The notes under the pieces: model-generated
Database searches by the model: none
Told to the model about the DNA's origin: nothing
Seen by the model: the letters and a program-made list of their open reading frames with translations, nothing else
Shown here: piece after piece, positions 13,581-26,792 of the stretch
Layout: each line of letters opens with the position of its first letter
Numbering within the stretch: position 1 is the first letter of the stretch
Source of the DNA: Octopus sinensis
Taxonomy: Eukaryota
Direction: 5' to 3'
Length of the DNA stretch: 64,000 bases
Assembly: GCF_006345805.1 (NCBI RefSeq)
Contig: NC_043023.1
Location: 12,896,001-12,960,000, forward strand
Translations under genes and position numbers: made by a program

Positions 13581-13636
13581 ATTGTCCTTCCTTCACACTT
13601 CTCTCTCATCTAAAGAACAATGCTTGGATACCTTTT

Positions 13637-14727
13637 GGGGATCTTTTCGGTTTGACCGGCAGTTTTTGAAAATAATTTCCACGTAACTAAGCACTTTTAA
13701 ACTTCGTATACTGGTAGAATGTGTTTATAAAACATCTGTTTCTCTTGGCTTTATTGAGAAAATTCTATAGTTTGTAAGATATTTGGGATCTTTTCGGTTT
13801 GACCGGCAGTTTTTAAAAATAATTTCCACGTAACTAAACACTTTTAAACTTCGTATACTGGTAGAATGTGTTTATAAAACATCTGTTTCTCTTGGCTTTA
13901 TTGAGAAAATTCTATAGTTTGTAAGATATTTGGGATCTTTTCGGTTTGACCGGCAGTTTTTAAAAATAATTTCCACGTAACTAAACACTTTTAAACTTCG
14001 TATACTGGTAGAATGTGTTTATAAAACATCTGTTTCTCTTGGCTTTATTGAGAAAATTCTATAGTTTGTAAGATATTTGGGATCTTTTCGGTTTGACCGG
14101 CAGTTTTTAAAAATAATTTCCACGTAACTAAACACTTTTAAACTTCGTATACTGGTAGAATGTGTCTATTAAACGTTTTTCTCTTGGCTTTATTGAGAAA
14201 ATTCTATTGTTTGTAAGATATTTCGGATCTTGTATTGGTTTGAACGGCAGTTTTTTTAAATAATTTCCACGTGTTAGGGTTAGAAGTGGGGAGAAATGGC
14301 TTTCTGTTACCTTCAAGAAATGTAAACAAAGTCACGTGTGTACTTATATATCGAAGCATCGCCTTATTATTTACTTTGTGTAAAAAGAAAAGGATCTTTT
14401 CGGTTTGACCGGCAGTTTTTTGTAGCGGTGTCATATGTAATTGTCACCCATAATTATGACCCTAGTATCGATCTATTGCATTTCAATTTGTGTTAGGATT
14501 AGGGGTGGGGGAAGGGTATCTTTTTTTCTTCAAAAATGTAAATAAACCCAATCCGTTTCTTAAACGAGGGGCGTATTCATAAGGCACATAATGCTTTTTT
14601 TACCTCAATAGACGTCATTGATTGGTTGAAAGATGCTTTATAAATACATTCTATCTGTATACGAAGTTTAAAATTTTTTAGCTACCAAGAAATTTAAAAA
14701 CCTGCCGTTCAAACCGAAAAGATCCCC
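13637..14727. mobile_element. Foldback non-autonomous element with GGGATCTTTTCGGTTTGA(A/C)CGGCAG inverted ends
   Basis: Left arm at 13637, right arm ending at 14727. Related copies begin near 22226, 25610, 34058, 41729 and 60605. Family not identified. Confidence 0.55.
13638..14270 (+). repeat. 147-bp tandem repeat, 4 copies plus a partial
   Basis: Unit starts at 13638, 13785, 13932, 14079 and about 14226. Confidence 0.9.
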
Positions 14728-14749
14728 ATTATTTCCAGAGAAAAGTTGT

Positions 14750-14953
14750 CGAACCAGATGGCTGCACCAAGCTCCAATCTGATCTGGTAGAGTTTCTACA
14801 GCTGGTTGGTGTTAGGAAGGGCATCCAGCTGTAGAAACTCGGCCAGATCAGATTGGAGCCTGGTGCTGCCTCCTGGTTCGCCAGTCCTCAATCAAATCGT
14901 GCAACCCATGCTACAATGGAAATCGGACGTTAAACGATGATGATGATGATGAT
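14750..14953 (+). mobile_element. Short RTE 3' tail with inverted 5' segment
   Basis: Hairpin 14750-14805 / 14825-14880, then ...GGACGTTAAAC(GAT)n. Paralog at 26335-26538. Confidence 0.8.
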
Positions 14954-15330
14954 CACAGTGATCTATTTTCTCTCATGTATAATTAAGTTGCTACTTTGAG
15001 AGAACCGTCAGTGGATGGAATGTAGTGTCTTGTGTTCGATATTCGAAGGTTGATTAATTCTTCCAATGACAACGGGGAGGGAAAAGATGGCACCGCTCCC
15101 AACATAATGCACATTACGAAAGGAAATAGAGAAGCGCTGGGATTTTTACCTTTTGACCTACAGATTTAAAAGATAATTCTTAAATCTGCACAAAATTAGG
15201 AAGATTGATCCATTTTTTAAAAGTATTTTATACTAACAAATAAAATATGGAGAACGGGCACTCGTGAATATAAACAGATCATGTCGTGTAGCCAGCTGTA
15301 GATGTCTCCTTAGGCTGAATTACATCAACA

Positions 15331-15660
15331 TCTCTCTATATATAAATGGCCAAATGTCTGTCTGTGTGTGCGTGTCCTTTATAAAATCCACAATTTTTCA
15401 GTTAGAGGGCTCGCACTTTCTATGGTCATTCAAAACCGTCCAAGGGTGGTCGTGCACATCTATACATTTCCCTAGTCACCCCGCAACGCCATTAAATATA
15501 TATATAAATGGCAAAATGTCTCTGTGTGTGTCTTTTATACAAATCCACAATTTTTCAGTTAGAGGGCTCGCACTTTCTATGGTCATTTAAAACCGTCCAA
15601 GGGTCGTCGTGCACATCTTCACATTTCCCCAGTCACCCCACAAAGCCATTAAAAAATCAA
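15331..15660 (+). repeat. About 162-bp tandem pair following a Helitron-like 5' end
   Basis: A^TCTCTCTATATATAAA start and two copies of a ...GAGGGCTCGCACTTTCTATGGTC... unit. One copy near 27770 and two near 55320-55630. Confidence 0.5.
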
Positions 15661-16165
15661 GAGAACAAGGATCTCTGAACAAATAACAATATTTATTTTT
15701 CTGTCTGTACAAGCGTTACATCTCTGGACAATCAGTAGCTAGGTCGCCTTGGTGCGGAAGCAGCAGAGACAGTTTAATCACGATTGTGAAGGCATACTTC
15801 ATAGATTCACTGAAGTCATGGATCGCCTTCAGAATTCCAGCCACACGGAGCTGGTCAAGTTGCGTCCGGCTTGGTTGGAAGCAGGGGCGAAGAGGGCGAG
15901 AGGACAGCGGTCAAGCCTAGCTGATGCTGATGACTGCACATGTGCATAAGGGGCTTCCGGCAGGCTCTTACCCCTGTGCATGCGTGGATGAAAATCCTAA
16001 AATGGTGTCTGGGACCAGGCGTCACTACAAGGCTCCCACTTGAGTGCGGAGCATGAAAATAGAAAGATTATAGTGACACCAGAAATAAGATGGCTACCGA
16101 TTACCCAGAAGATGTGGCACAAAATATGACAATTCAAAAGAAAATGTAATCACAGTATACATATA

Positions 16166-18050
16166 GGCGCAGGAGTGGCTGTGTGGTAAGTAGCTTGCTT
16201 ACCAACCACATGGTTCCAGGTTCAGTCCCACTGCATAGCACTTGGGTCAGTATCTTCTACTATAGCCTCAGGCCAACCAAAGCCTTGTGAGTGGATTTGG
16301 TAGACGGAAACTGAAAGAAGCCTGTCGTATATTTGTATCTCTTATTATAAAAGGCAGATTTTATCTGCCTCCCAAACCGTTTGTTCATTATACAAATCTA
16401 CAATATTGAATTTCTCCAATTAGAATTTACCTATCATTTTTACGAGTAGAATCCATCGGGTCGTGGCAGGTACAGTTTTTCGAATTTCACCCCCAATTAA
16501 GCAAAAATTCGAGAAAACTCAATATTTTTAGAATTTCCTCTTTCATTTCAAGTGCTTCACTCCTCCCATTACCACCAAACTTTCTGCTACTTTCTCTTTG
16601 CAAGTGTACACACACATAGACACGCAAACATATACATATTTCAATGCTTTCCTCCGTTTTTTTCGGGAAGTTCTTTTGAAGTTGGTGTGCATCGGAAGCA
16701 TTGATGTACATGTGTGCGTGCGTGAGTGTGTGTGTGTTTGATAAGGTGTGCGACACAGAACGTGTGGTGTGTAAATGAAGTGCTTTTGTTAGTGTGTGTA
16801 AAGAGACAGAGAGAGTAATGTTGTGCTGTGTGTGTATGTGTGAAAGACAGAGATGACTGAACTTTTTTTATTCACTTTTTGTAGTGAGTGACTGAGAGAG
16901 AAAAGAAGAGAGAGAGGTTATGTATGTATATATGTATGTATGGCTTCAGTGACACACACACAAAAACACATACCTACGTACACCTAAAGCACGCACACAC
17001 ACACAATCGGAGCACGAACTTCAAAAGAACTTCACGCGCTATCTATCTGGTTTGCCATTCCTCACACACACGCAAACGTATGACAGTGACAAACATAAAC
17101 GTTTCAAACAACTACATGCAAACACACACGTGTGTGTTTGTTATTGTGTGTGTGTTTGTTATTAGTAAAAAAGGCGCCAAACACAACTCACTTCTCATTC
17201 GAACACATTTGCAAAAACAAACCGACGGTCGAATTGCCATAACAATACAGAAAAGGTAAATTGGTGTTTAATTTACTTTCTGTCGTTAAATTTTGGTAGT
17301 ATTAATTGGCGAGCATACTTCTGTTGTCAATTGTTGACAGAAAGAAATTGTAAGCTAAGAAGGTGTGTGTGTGTGTGTCTGTAGGAAGTGAAGGATAAAA
17401 ATATTGCAAGAAGTGGACAGATGTACATATATACATCCATACATACATGTGTGTGTGTGTCTATGTATGTGTGTTATCTCTATATAAAGCTGAAGTTGTC
17501 TGTGTGCGCCAGGTTTGGTAACCTTCAACTAACACTATCTGCTCCAAGAACCTGCGGCGCAAGTTGACCAAAATTGAGAATATGATAAAAGAAGGCTTGC
17601 TCTTCCTTCCGTAGAACATAAAATTCAAATCGGACCATGTTAACATCAAAAATTATTTACATCAAAAAGCTGCTTTTTTCTATGAAAATCCTTATTTTTT
17701 ACCATTTTTACACTGCTGTGTTGCCACTTTTCGGTGTATTTCAACCAGAAAAATGTTCACAAAATTTTTACTTTTCAAAATTACTATTCCAGCGGGTCCA
17801 AACAAACCCAAGCAAAGCCGGGCGATACTGCTAGTCTATGCATATATATGCATGTGTGTCTGTGTTTGTCCCCCTAGCATTGCTTGACAACCGATGCTGG
17901 TGTGTCTATGTCCCCGTCACTTAGCAGTTCGGCAAAAGAGACCGATAGAATAAGTACTGGGTTAACAAAAGAATAAGTCCCGGGGTCAGATGCTCTATTA
18001 AAGGCGGTGCTCCAGCATGGCCGCAGTCAAATGACTGAAACAAGTAAAAG
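16166..18050 (+). mobile_element. tRNA-derived SINE (split by the Helitron)
   Basis: A-box-like TGGCTGTGTGG and B-box-like GGTTCAGTCCC, central (TA)/(TG) tract, 3' end ...CAGTCAAATGACTGAAACAAGTAAAAGA. Confidence 0.75.
16338..17834 (+). mobile_element. Non-autonomous Helitron inserted in a SINE
   Basis: A^TCTCTTATTATAAAA 5' end and GCAAAGCCGGGCGATACTGCTAG^T 3' end (TC...CTAG, A/T target, no TSD). Absent from paralogous SINEs. Confidence 0.75.
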
Positions 18051-18181
18051 AGTAAGAGAAAGAGAGAACAAGCATGCACAAAAAATTTTATTTTTACAAA
18101 ATGTTTAATAACAAAACATTGAAAATGTCCAGTACACAAAAGAAGAGCTGTCTGTCACAGGAAACAATAGAGAATCCTCCT

Positions 18182-18727
18182 CATCATCATTGTATAACAT
18201 CTGTTTTCCTGCTAGCATGGGTTGGACGGTTTACTGGGGTCTGGGAAGCAGGAGGCTGCACCAGGTTGCAGTCTGATCTGGCAGTGTTTCTACAGCTGGA
18301 TGCCCTTCCTAAACGCCAGCCACTCTGTGAGTGTAGCTGCTGCTTTTTACATGCCACCAGCACAGGGGCCAGGAGTGGCTGGCAGTGGCCACGATCGGTC
18401 AGTGCATCTTACGTGCCACCGGCCCGGAAGCCAGTGCTGGCAACGGCCACGATCGGATGGCGCTTTTTACGTGCCACTGGCACAGGTGCCAGGGGAAGCT
18501 GGCAGCGGCCACGATCAGTTGGTGCTTTTTACGTGCCACCAGCACTGGTATCAGAGCTACAATTTCCATTGATGTTGATTGATTTCGATTTTGATTCTGA
18601 TTCTCACTTGCCTCAACAGGTCTTCACAAGTAGAGTTTTGCGTCCCTAGAAGGAAAGCTATGCATAAGTGGACTGGCTACATCCCAGGTAGAGGCCATGG
18701 GTTATGTTCTCACTTGTCCTGCCGGGT
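18182..18727 (-). mobile_element. RTE LINE 3' tail in ZNF3 3' UTR
   Basis: Same homology and boundary. Confidence 0.9.
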
Positions 18728-18823
18728 TGTAATAAATTTTCATATTGATACGATTACGCCTGTGGATGAATACTTAGATGTGAACTTAAGTGGCGTTTTT
18801 GAGAGAATGACTCACCACAGATA

Positions 18824-20209
18824 TCACAATGTATGAATACGTTTATGTTTAGGCAGGGTACTACTGTGAGAGAATGATTTACCACAGATATCACACTGAT
18901 ATGGTTTCTCTCCTGTATGAGTACGTAGGTGTCCAGTTAAAGTGCCAATTTCAGAGAATGACTCACCACAGATATCACAGTGATATGGTTTTTTCCCAGT
19001 ATGAATACGTTTACGTTTAGGCAAGTCACTACTGTGAGAGAATGATTTACCACAGATATCGCAATGGTATGGCTTCTCTCCTGTATGAGTACGTTTGTGT
19101 CTAGGTAAGTCAGCACTTCGAGAAAATGATTTACCACAGATATCACACTGATATGGTTTTTCTCCAGTATGAACACGTCTGTGCCTTCTTAGATCACAAC
19201 TTTGAGAGAATGAATTACCACAGATATCACAGTGATATGGTTTTTCCCCAGTATGAATACGTTTATGTTTAATTAAGTCACTGCTGTAAGAGAATGATTT
19301 ACCACAGATATTACAATGGTATGGCTTCTCTCCTGTATGAATATGTTTGTGACTGATTAAATTGCTATTACGAGAGAATGATTCACCACAGATATCACAT
19401 TGATATGGTTTTTCCCCAGTATGAATACGTATATGACTAGTCAAATGACTATTTGCAGTGAATGATTTACCACAGATGTCACAATGGTATGGCTTCTCTC
19501 CTGTATGAATACGTTTGTGATCAGTTAAACTGTTACTTATAGAAAATGATTTACCACAGATATCACAATGATGGGGCTTTTCTCCTGTATGTGTACGTTT
19601 GTGTTTATTTAAGTCACTACTGGTAGAGAATGATTTACCACAGATATCACACTGATATGGTTTCTCTCCTGTATGGGTACGTTTGTGTTTAGGCAAGTCA
19701 CTACTGTGAGAAAATGATTTACCACAGATATCACACTGATATGGTTTCTCTCCTGTATGAGTACGTTTGTGATGAGTTAAAGTGCTATTTTGAGAAAATG
19801 ATTTACCACAGATATCACACTGATGCGGCCTTTCCCCATTATGAATAAATTTGTGATGAGTTAAATTGCTATTTTCAAAAAATGATTTACCACAGATATC
19901 ACACTGATGTGGCTTTTCCCCAGTATGAATAAATTTGTGATGAGTTAAAGTGCTATTTTGAGAAAATGATTTACCACAGATATCACACTGATGCGGCTTT
20001 TCCCCAGTATGAATAAATTTGTGATGAGTTAAATTGCTATTGTCAGAAAATGATTTACCACAGATATCACACTGATATGGTTTTTCTCCAGTATGAACAC
20101 GTCTGTGCCTTCTTAGATTATAACTTTGAGAGAATGACTTACCACAGATATCACAGTGATGTGGCTTCTCTCTTTTATCATTGATTTTTGCTTTAGTTGA
20201 ATCATTCAT
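18824..20209 (-). CDS. ZNF3: C2H2 zinc-finger protein, 16 fingers (one His>Arg), 461 aa
   Basis: ATG ORF with 16 fingers. A small deletion near 18830 ends the ORF (IHTL*) before the family's last finger. Confidence 0.88.
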   Translation of the reverse strand: MNDSTKAKINDKREKPHHCDICGKSFSQSYNLRRHRRVHTGEKPYQCDICGKSFSDNSNLTHHKFIHTGEKPHQCDICGKSFSQNSTLTHHKFIHTGEKPHQCDICGKSFFENSNLTHHKFIHNGERPHQCDICGKSFSQNSTLTHHKRTHTGEKPYQCDICGKSFSHSSDLPKHKRTHTGEKPYQCDICGKSFSTSSDLNKHKRTHTGEKPHHCDICGKSFSISNSLTDHKRIHTGEKPYHCDICGKSFTANSHLTSHIRIHTGEKPYQCDICGESFSRNSNLISHKHIHTGEKPYHCNICGKSFSYSSDLIKHKRIHTGEKPYHCDICGNSFSQSCDLRRHRRVHTGEKPYQCDICGKSFSRSADLPRHKRTHTGEKPYHCDICGKSFSHSSDLPKRKRIHTGKKPYHCDICGESFSEIGTLTGHLRTHTGEKPYQCDICGKSFSHSSTLPKHKRIHTL

Positions 20210-20675
20210 TATGAGAGAATAATTTCGTTATACATATCACAATGATAATATTTTGCTGTTGTTTTCACAGATTTCCTTTATAAGATGAGTTTGATGTATT
20301 GATGAATGCTCCTTATAAATATATCATCTTCCTTTGGTTGATGGGAGCTGATAAAATATCAGAGGCACATCTGAATGAAGTAATTTCTTTTATATCAACA
20401 GGATGTTATATTCTGAAATAGAAAAAAAAAGAAGCAGTGAGATAAAGAGAATCATTAAACAACATAGTAATTCAACATTGCAACTCTTACAACATCAACA
20501 CTGTCATCCATTTAATGTCTATGTTTGCAGGGGTCAGAATCCATTGAGGCATTGAAACTTTTACAACATTCTCTATATTGTTCTGCTGTAGGAAAAATTT
20601 TGGTGAAGGGTTAATTAAAATCTTGGCAAGGATGGATCCAATCTACTTCAAGATTCACTACAAATATATTTGTAT

Positions 20676-20716
<41 letters not shown>

Positions 20717-22008
20717 CAAGTATTAAGAGAGGGACCACATGTGGTCACTCTAACGCTAGAAATAGATCCGCAAAGGGAATCCACCACTAAAGAATTGTTC
20801 TGAAGCGTTAATTCAACACGCCAAGAATGTAAGCGGGCAGGACAAATGAAAAATAACGAAAAAATGGATTAACTCTATACAATTGTTTCATCGTTAATAG
20901 ATTGTGTAATTTTACTTACAAATCATTTTCGAATCATCGGTAGAGTATATCAAAAACATAATTTGCTGAACCAAACGCCAAAATCCATACGAATTTGATG
21001 TTATTAATTAATATTCAATTTCTTTCGCCCTTACACACACACACATATATGTATACATAATAATACATATATATGCATAAATACATACGTATACGTACAT
21101 ACATGTTTGTTTATTTTCGCGAGTGCCCGTACTGCGTATTTTATTTTTTAGTATAAAATAGTTTAAAAAATAGATTGATCGTTCTAATTTTCTCTGGTAG
21201 TATTTAAAAAGAGTGGTCCCGGTGAGCGCACTCGCGCTAGTTAGTCGTGACTAGTCGATCCTACAACGACTACCTAGCAAAGTAAATAAAACACAAAATC
21301 GCAAAATAAAGATCGACTAGTCCCGACTAGCTAGCGCGCCCACCGGGACCTCTCTTCTTAAATAGTACCCTTATAAGTTTGCTTATATTCGCGAGTGCCC
21401 GTTCTACGTATTTTATTTTTTAGTATAAAATATTTAAAAAATAGATTAATCTTTCTAATTTTCTCCATACTTTATGTATTCTGGATATATTTCCCATTTC
21501 CTAACTTTTTCTCACAAGTAAGCGTCATTATCTTGGAGAGGTGCGCGGTACTACTAGCGAACACTGGTCTCGGTGCGCGCACTCGCACATCCGTGATAGC
21601 TAGTCGTATGTTGTCGATCCTACTTTTTAACCCTAACCTTAGTTTGTTTACAAAAATAATGTATTTACTTAGTTTTAAAAGTTGTAGGATCGACTACTTA
21701 CGACTAGCAAGCGCGGATACGCGAGTGCGCGCACCGGGACCACTATTCGCTAGTAGTACCTTATCATTAATGGTATTATCATCATCATTACAGCCTTAAA
21801 ATAAATCTTTGTCAACTTACCGTATTCAGATACAAACAACGAGTCAGTGATCGTTAATTAAGCACCTTAATTAATTAATTAAGGAAAGTTATATCCCTTT
21901 ATATGGTTATAGTTCTTCAATTTTCTATGACTGGTTCGTTTCGTTCCGGTGTCTTCTTTGTCCCATTCTGTCAACGATTTTACCTTCGAGGTAATATAGA
22001 ATATATAC

Positions 22009-22168
22009 ACTCACATATTCTAATCTACGACCGTTTCCAGCGCACGAACTGGACCCCGTCGCAGACACCGAAAGAAAGAAGGCATCTTTGACTTATATCT
22101 TCCTGATGTGACGTCAGGCCGTTGCACTTCCGATCCGTTTCTGACGTCATTTTCTCTCCTGTCCAATC
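22009..22168 (-). promoter_or_regulatory. Promoter + exon 1 of ZNF3
   Basis: Same motif set, donor at 22014. Confidence 0.7.
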
Positions 22169-23041
22169 ATTGTCCTTCCTTCACACTTCTCTCTCATCTA
22201 AAGAACAATGCTTGGATACCTTTTGGGGATCTTTTCGGTTTGACCGGCAGTTTTTAAAAATAATTTCCACGTAACTAAACACTTTTAAACTTCGTATACA
22301 GGTAGAATGTGTTTATAAGACATTTTTCTCTTGGTTTTATTGAGAAGATTCTATAGTTTGTAAGATATTTGGGTTTTTTTCGGTTTGAACGAGAGTTTTT
22401 TAAAATAATTTCCACGTAACTAACACTTTAAACTTCGTATACTGGTAGAATGTGTTTATAAAACATTTTTTTCTCTTGGCTTTATTGAGAAAATTCAACG
22501 GTTTTTAAGATATTTGTTGTTTTTTTTCTTCAATTTCTGCAATTTCAACCAATCACTGACGTTTATTGAGGTAAAAAAAAACATTCTGTGCCGTATGAAT
22601 ATGTCCCTCGTTTAAGAAACAGATTGGGTTTATTTATATTTGTGAAAAAAAATATATACCCTTCCCCTAAAACAGATTGAAATGCAATAGATCGATACCA
22701 GGGTCGTAATTATGGGTGACAATTTCATATGGCACTACTAGAAAAAACTGCCGTTCAAACCGAAAAGATCCGTTTTCACTTCTATATGATTACTTTAACA
22801 TTGAAGGGTTCACATAATCCCATTATTTACTGGCAGGGTCACTAGCACGCCAGACAAAATGCTTCACAATATTTCTTTCGTCAATAGCTTTGTTGAGGGA
22901 TCGTTTCCTTTTGAACGGCAGTTTTCAACACAATTTCTAGTTAACTAAACACTTTAAAATTTCGTTTACTGGGAGAATGTGTCAACAGAAAACATTTTTT
23001 TCTCTTTTCTTGAGAAAATTGTAATTTGTAAGTTGTCTCTG

Positions 23042-23185
23042 TTTGATCTGGCAGTGTTTCTACAGCTGGATGCCCTTCCTAACGCCAACCACTCCAGAAG
23101 TGTAGTGGGTGCTTTTTATGTGCCACCTGCACAGGTGCCAGGGGAGTCCGGCATCGGCTATGATCAGTTGGTGCTTTTAACGAGC
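23042..23185 (-). mobile_element. Internal RTE 3' UTR fragment
   Basis: CTGGATGCCCTTCCTAACGCCAACCACTCC motif. Paralogs at about 34716-34860 and 42406-42545. Confidence 0.7.
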
Positions 23186-24551
23186 TACCGACACATTTTC
23201 TTAATTGTTGTCAGTTTCCCGCTTCGAAAAATAATTACTGTAACATCGAGAGGTTCACAGAATTCTATTATTTACCTTATTATTATTATTATTAGTAGTA
23301 GTAGTATTATCACCATTACAGCCTTAAAGTAAATCTTTATTAACTTACCGTATTCACAAATAAGCAACGAGTCAGTGAATCAGTAATTAAGCACCTTAAT
23401 TAATAATTTAATTGTTGAACCGGGGTTGAAATGTAGCAGAAGTTATTTTCCTTTACATGATTGTCTTCCTTCAGTTCTCCAATAGGTGGCTCTACTGACT
23501 GGTGGGATTCGTTGTAGTTTCCTCTTTGTCCCTTTCTGTCAAGAACTTCACTTTCAAGGGTTTTCAAATTTTTACAAGATTCTTTCAATAAAGTGTACTC
23601 ACACATTCGGATCTTTTCGGTTTGAACGGCAGTTTTTTCTTGCAGTGTCATATGAAATTGTCACCCATAATTATGACCCTAGTATCGATCTATTGCATTT
23701 CAATCTGTTTTAGGGTTAGGGGTGGGGGGAGGGTATTTTTTTTCTTCACAAATGTAAATAAACCCAATATGTTTCTTAAACGAGGGACATATTCATACGG
23801 CACAGAATGTTTTCACCTCAATAGACGTCATTGATTTGTTGAAATTTTCACCCATAATTATGACCCTAGTATCGATCTATTGCATTTCAATCTGTTTTAG
23901 GTTTAAGGGTGGGGGGAAGGCTATCTTTTTTTCTTCACAAATGTAAATAAACCCAATCTGTTTCTTAAACGAGGGACATATTCATAAGGCACAGAATGTT
24001 TTTCACCGCAATGGACGTCTTAAGGTGATACAGCCAAAGAAAGCAAGCAAAATCTGAGTGGAACTTGGAGCAGCACTCTGGCTTGCCAGCTCAGGTCACA
24101 ATTTCACACCCAGGCATGCAAAGGAAATGAACACTGAAGAAGAAGAAGAAGAAGAAGGAGTAGGAGAAGAAGAAGAAGAAGGAGGTGGAGGAGAAGAATG
24201 AGAAGACGGAGAAGAAGAAGAAGAAAAAGAAAAAAGAAGGAGGATGAGGAGAAGAAGAAGAAGAAGGATGATGATGATGAAAACACAACAAAGACAAAAT
24301 CAATGTCACTTAAAACTTTTATTCCTTATTCCCATTCCTTTATTCTCTCATAACAAATTCCTCAAAAATCCAGCACAATCCTCTTCAGAAACCAAAGTCA
24401 TCTCTGTGTTGATATATTTAGATATATAAATGATATTGAAGTTGTGATTCAGGAATTTCATGTTGACATCCAAGAACCTGAAGTTGATAATGTCAAGCTT
24501 GAAGAGGAATAAACCCTATCTTTTAGCAGACAAAATATTCATAATTCTTGT

Positions 24552-25037
24552 CATCATCATTTAGTGTCCGCTTTCCATGCTAGCATGGGTTGGACGGTTC
24601 AACTGGGGTCTGGGAAGCCAGAAGGCTGCACCTGGCCCAGTCTGATCTGGCAATGTTTCTACGGCTGGATGCCCTTCCTAATGCCAACCACTCCGTGAGT
24701 GTAGTGGGTGCTTTTTACGTGCCACCATTACAGGCGCCTGATGGGGCTGGCAACGGCCACGATCGGATGGTGCGTTTCACGTGCCAGCCGCATGGGGGCC
24801 AGGCGAGTCTGGCAACGGCCATGATCGGATGGTGCTTTTTACATGCCACCAGCACTGGTATCACAGCTGCAATTTCCATTGATGTTGGTTGATTTTGATT
24901 TTGATTCTGATTCTCACTTGCCTCAAAAGGTCTTCACAAGTAGAGTTTTGTGTCACAAGAAGATAAGGTATGCATAAGTGGACTGGCTACATCCCAGGTA
25001 GAGGCCATGGGTTGTGGTCTCACTTGTCCTGCCGGGT
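24552..25037 (-). mobile_element. RTE LINE 3' tail in ZNF4 3' UTR
   Basis: Same homology and boundary. Confidence 0.9.
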
Positions 25038-25063
25038 TGTAATAAATTTTGATATTGATACGA

Positions 25064-25544
<481 letters not shown>

Positions 25545-26792
25545 ATTGTCCTTCCTTCACACTTCTCTCTCAACTAAAGAACAATGCTTGGATACCTTTT
25601 GGGGATCTTTTCGGTTTGACTGGCAGTTTTTTTAAATAATTTCCACGTAACTAAACACTTTTAAACTTCGAATACTGGTAGAATGTGTTTATAAAACATC
25701 TTTTTCTATTGGCTTTATTGAGAAAATTCTATAGTTTGTAAGATATTTGGGATTTTTTCGGTTTGAACGGCAGTTTTTTAAAATAATTTCCACGTGTTAG
25801 GGTTAGGAGTGGGGAGAAAAGGCTCTCTGTTATCTTCCCAAATGTAAACAAAGTCACGTGTGTACATATATATCGAAGCATCGCCTTATTATTCGCTTTG
25901 TGTAAAAAGAAAAGGATCTTTTCGGTTTGACTGGCAGTTTTTTGTAGCGGTGTCATATGAAATTGTCACCCATAATTTTGACCCTTGTATCGATCTATTG
26001 TATTTCAATCTGTGTTAGGGTTAGGGGTGGGGAAAGGGTATCTTTTTTTCTTCAAAAATGTAAATAATCCCAATCTGTTTCTTAAACGAGGGACATAGTC
26101 ATAAGGCACATGGTTTTTTTTACCTCAATAGACGTCATTGATTGGTTGAAATTGCAGAAAAAAAACAACAAATATGTTACAAACTACGGAATTTTCTCAA
26201 TAAAGCCAAGGAAAAGGATGCTTTATAAATACATTCTATCTATATACGAAGTTTAAAATTTTTTAGTTACCTAGAAATTTAAAAACCTGCCGTTCAAACC
26301 GAAAAGATCCCCATTATTCCCAGAGAACAGTTGGCGAACCAGATGGCAGCACCAGGCTCCAATCTGATCTGGTAGAGTTTCTACAGCTGGTTGGTGTTAG
26401 GAAGGGCATCCAGCTGTTGAAACTCTGCCAGATCAGATTGGAGCCTGGTGCTGCCTCCTGGTTCGCCAGTCGTCAATCAGATCGTGCAACCCATGCTAGA
26501 ACGGAAATCGGACGTTAAACGATGATGATGATGATGATCACAGTGATCTATTTTCTCTCATGTATAATTAAGTTGCTACTTTGAGAGAACCTTCAGTGGA
26601 TGGAATGTAGTGTCGTGTGTTCGATATTCGAAGGTTGATTAATTCTTCCAATGACAACGGGGAGGGAAAAGATGGCGCCGCTCCTAACATAATGCACAAT
26701 TACGAAAGGAAATAGAGAAGCGCTGGGATTTTTACCTTTTGACCTACAGATTTGAAAGATAATTCTTAAATCTGCAGAAAATTAGGAAGATT

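Noticed and set aside
15749-16050. GC-richer block with short ORFs (copies near 28030 and 55730)
   Set aside because: Frames are not preserved between copies. It is probably an old repeat fragment I cannot classify.
16166-16240. tRNA gene
   Set aside because: A/B-box-like motifs head a SINE body and tail, and I could not fold a convincing cloverleaf.
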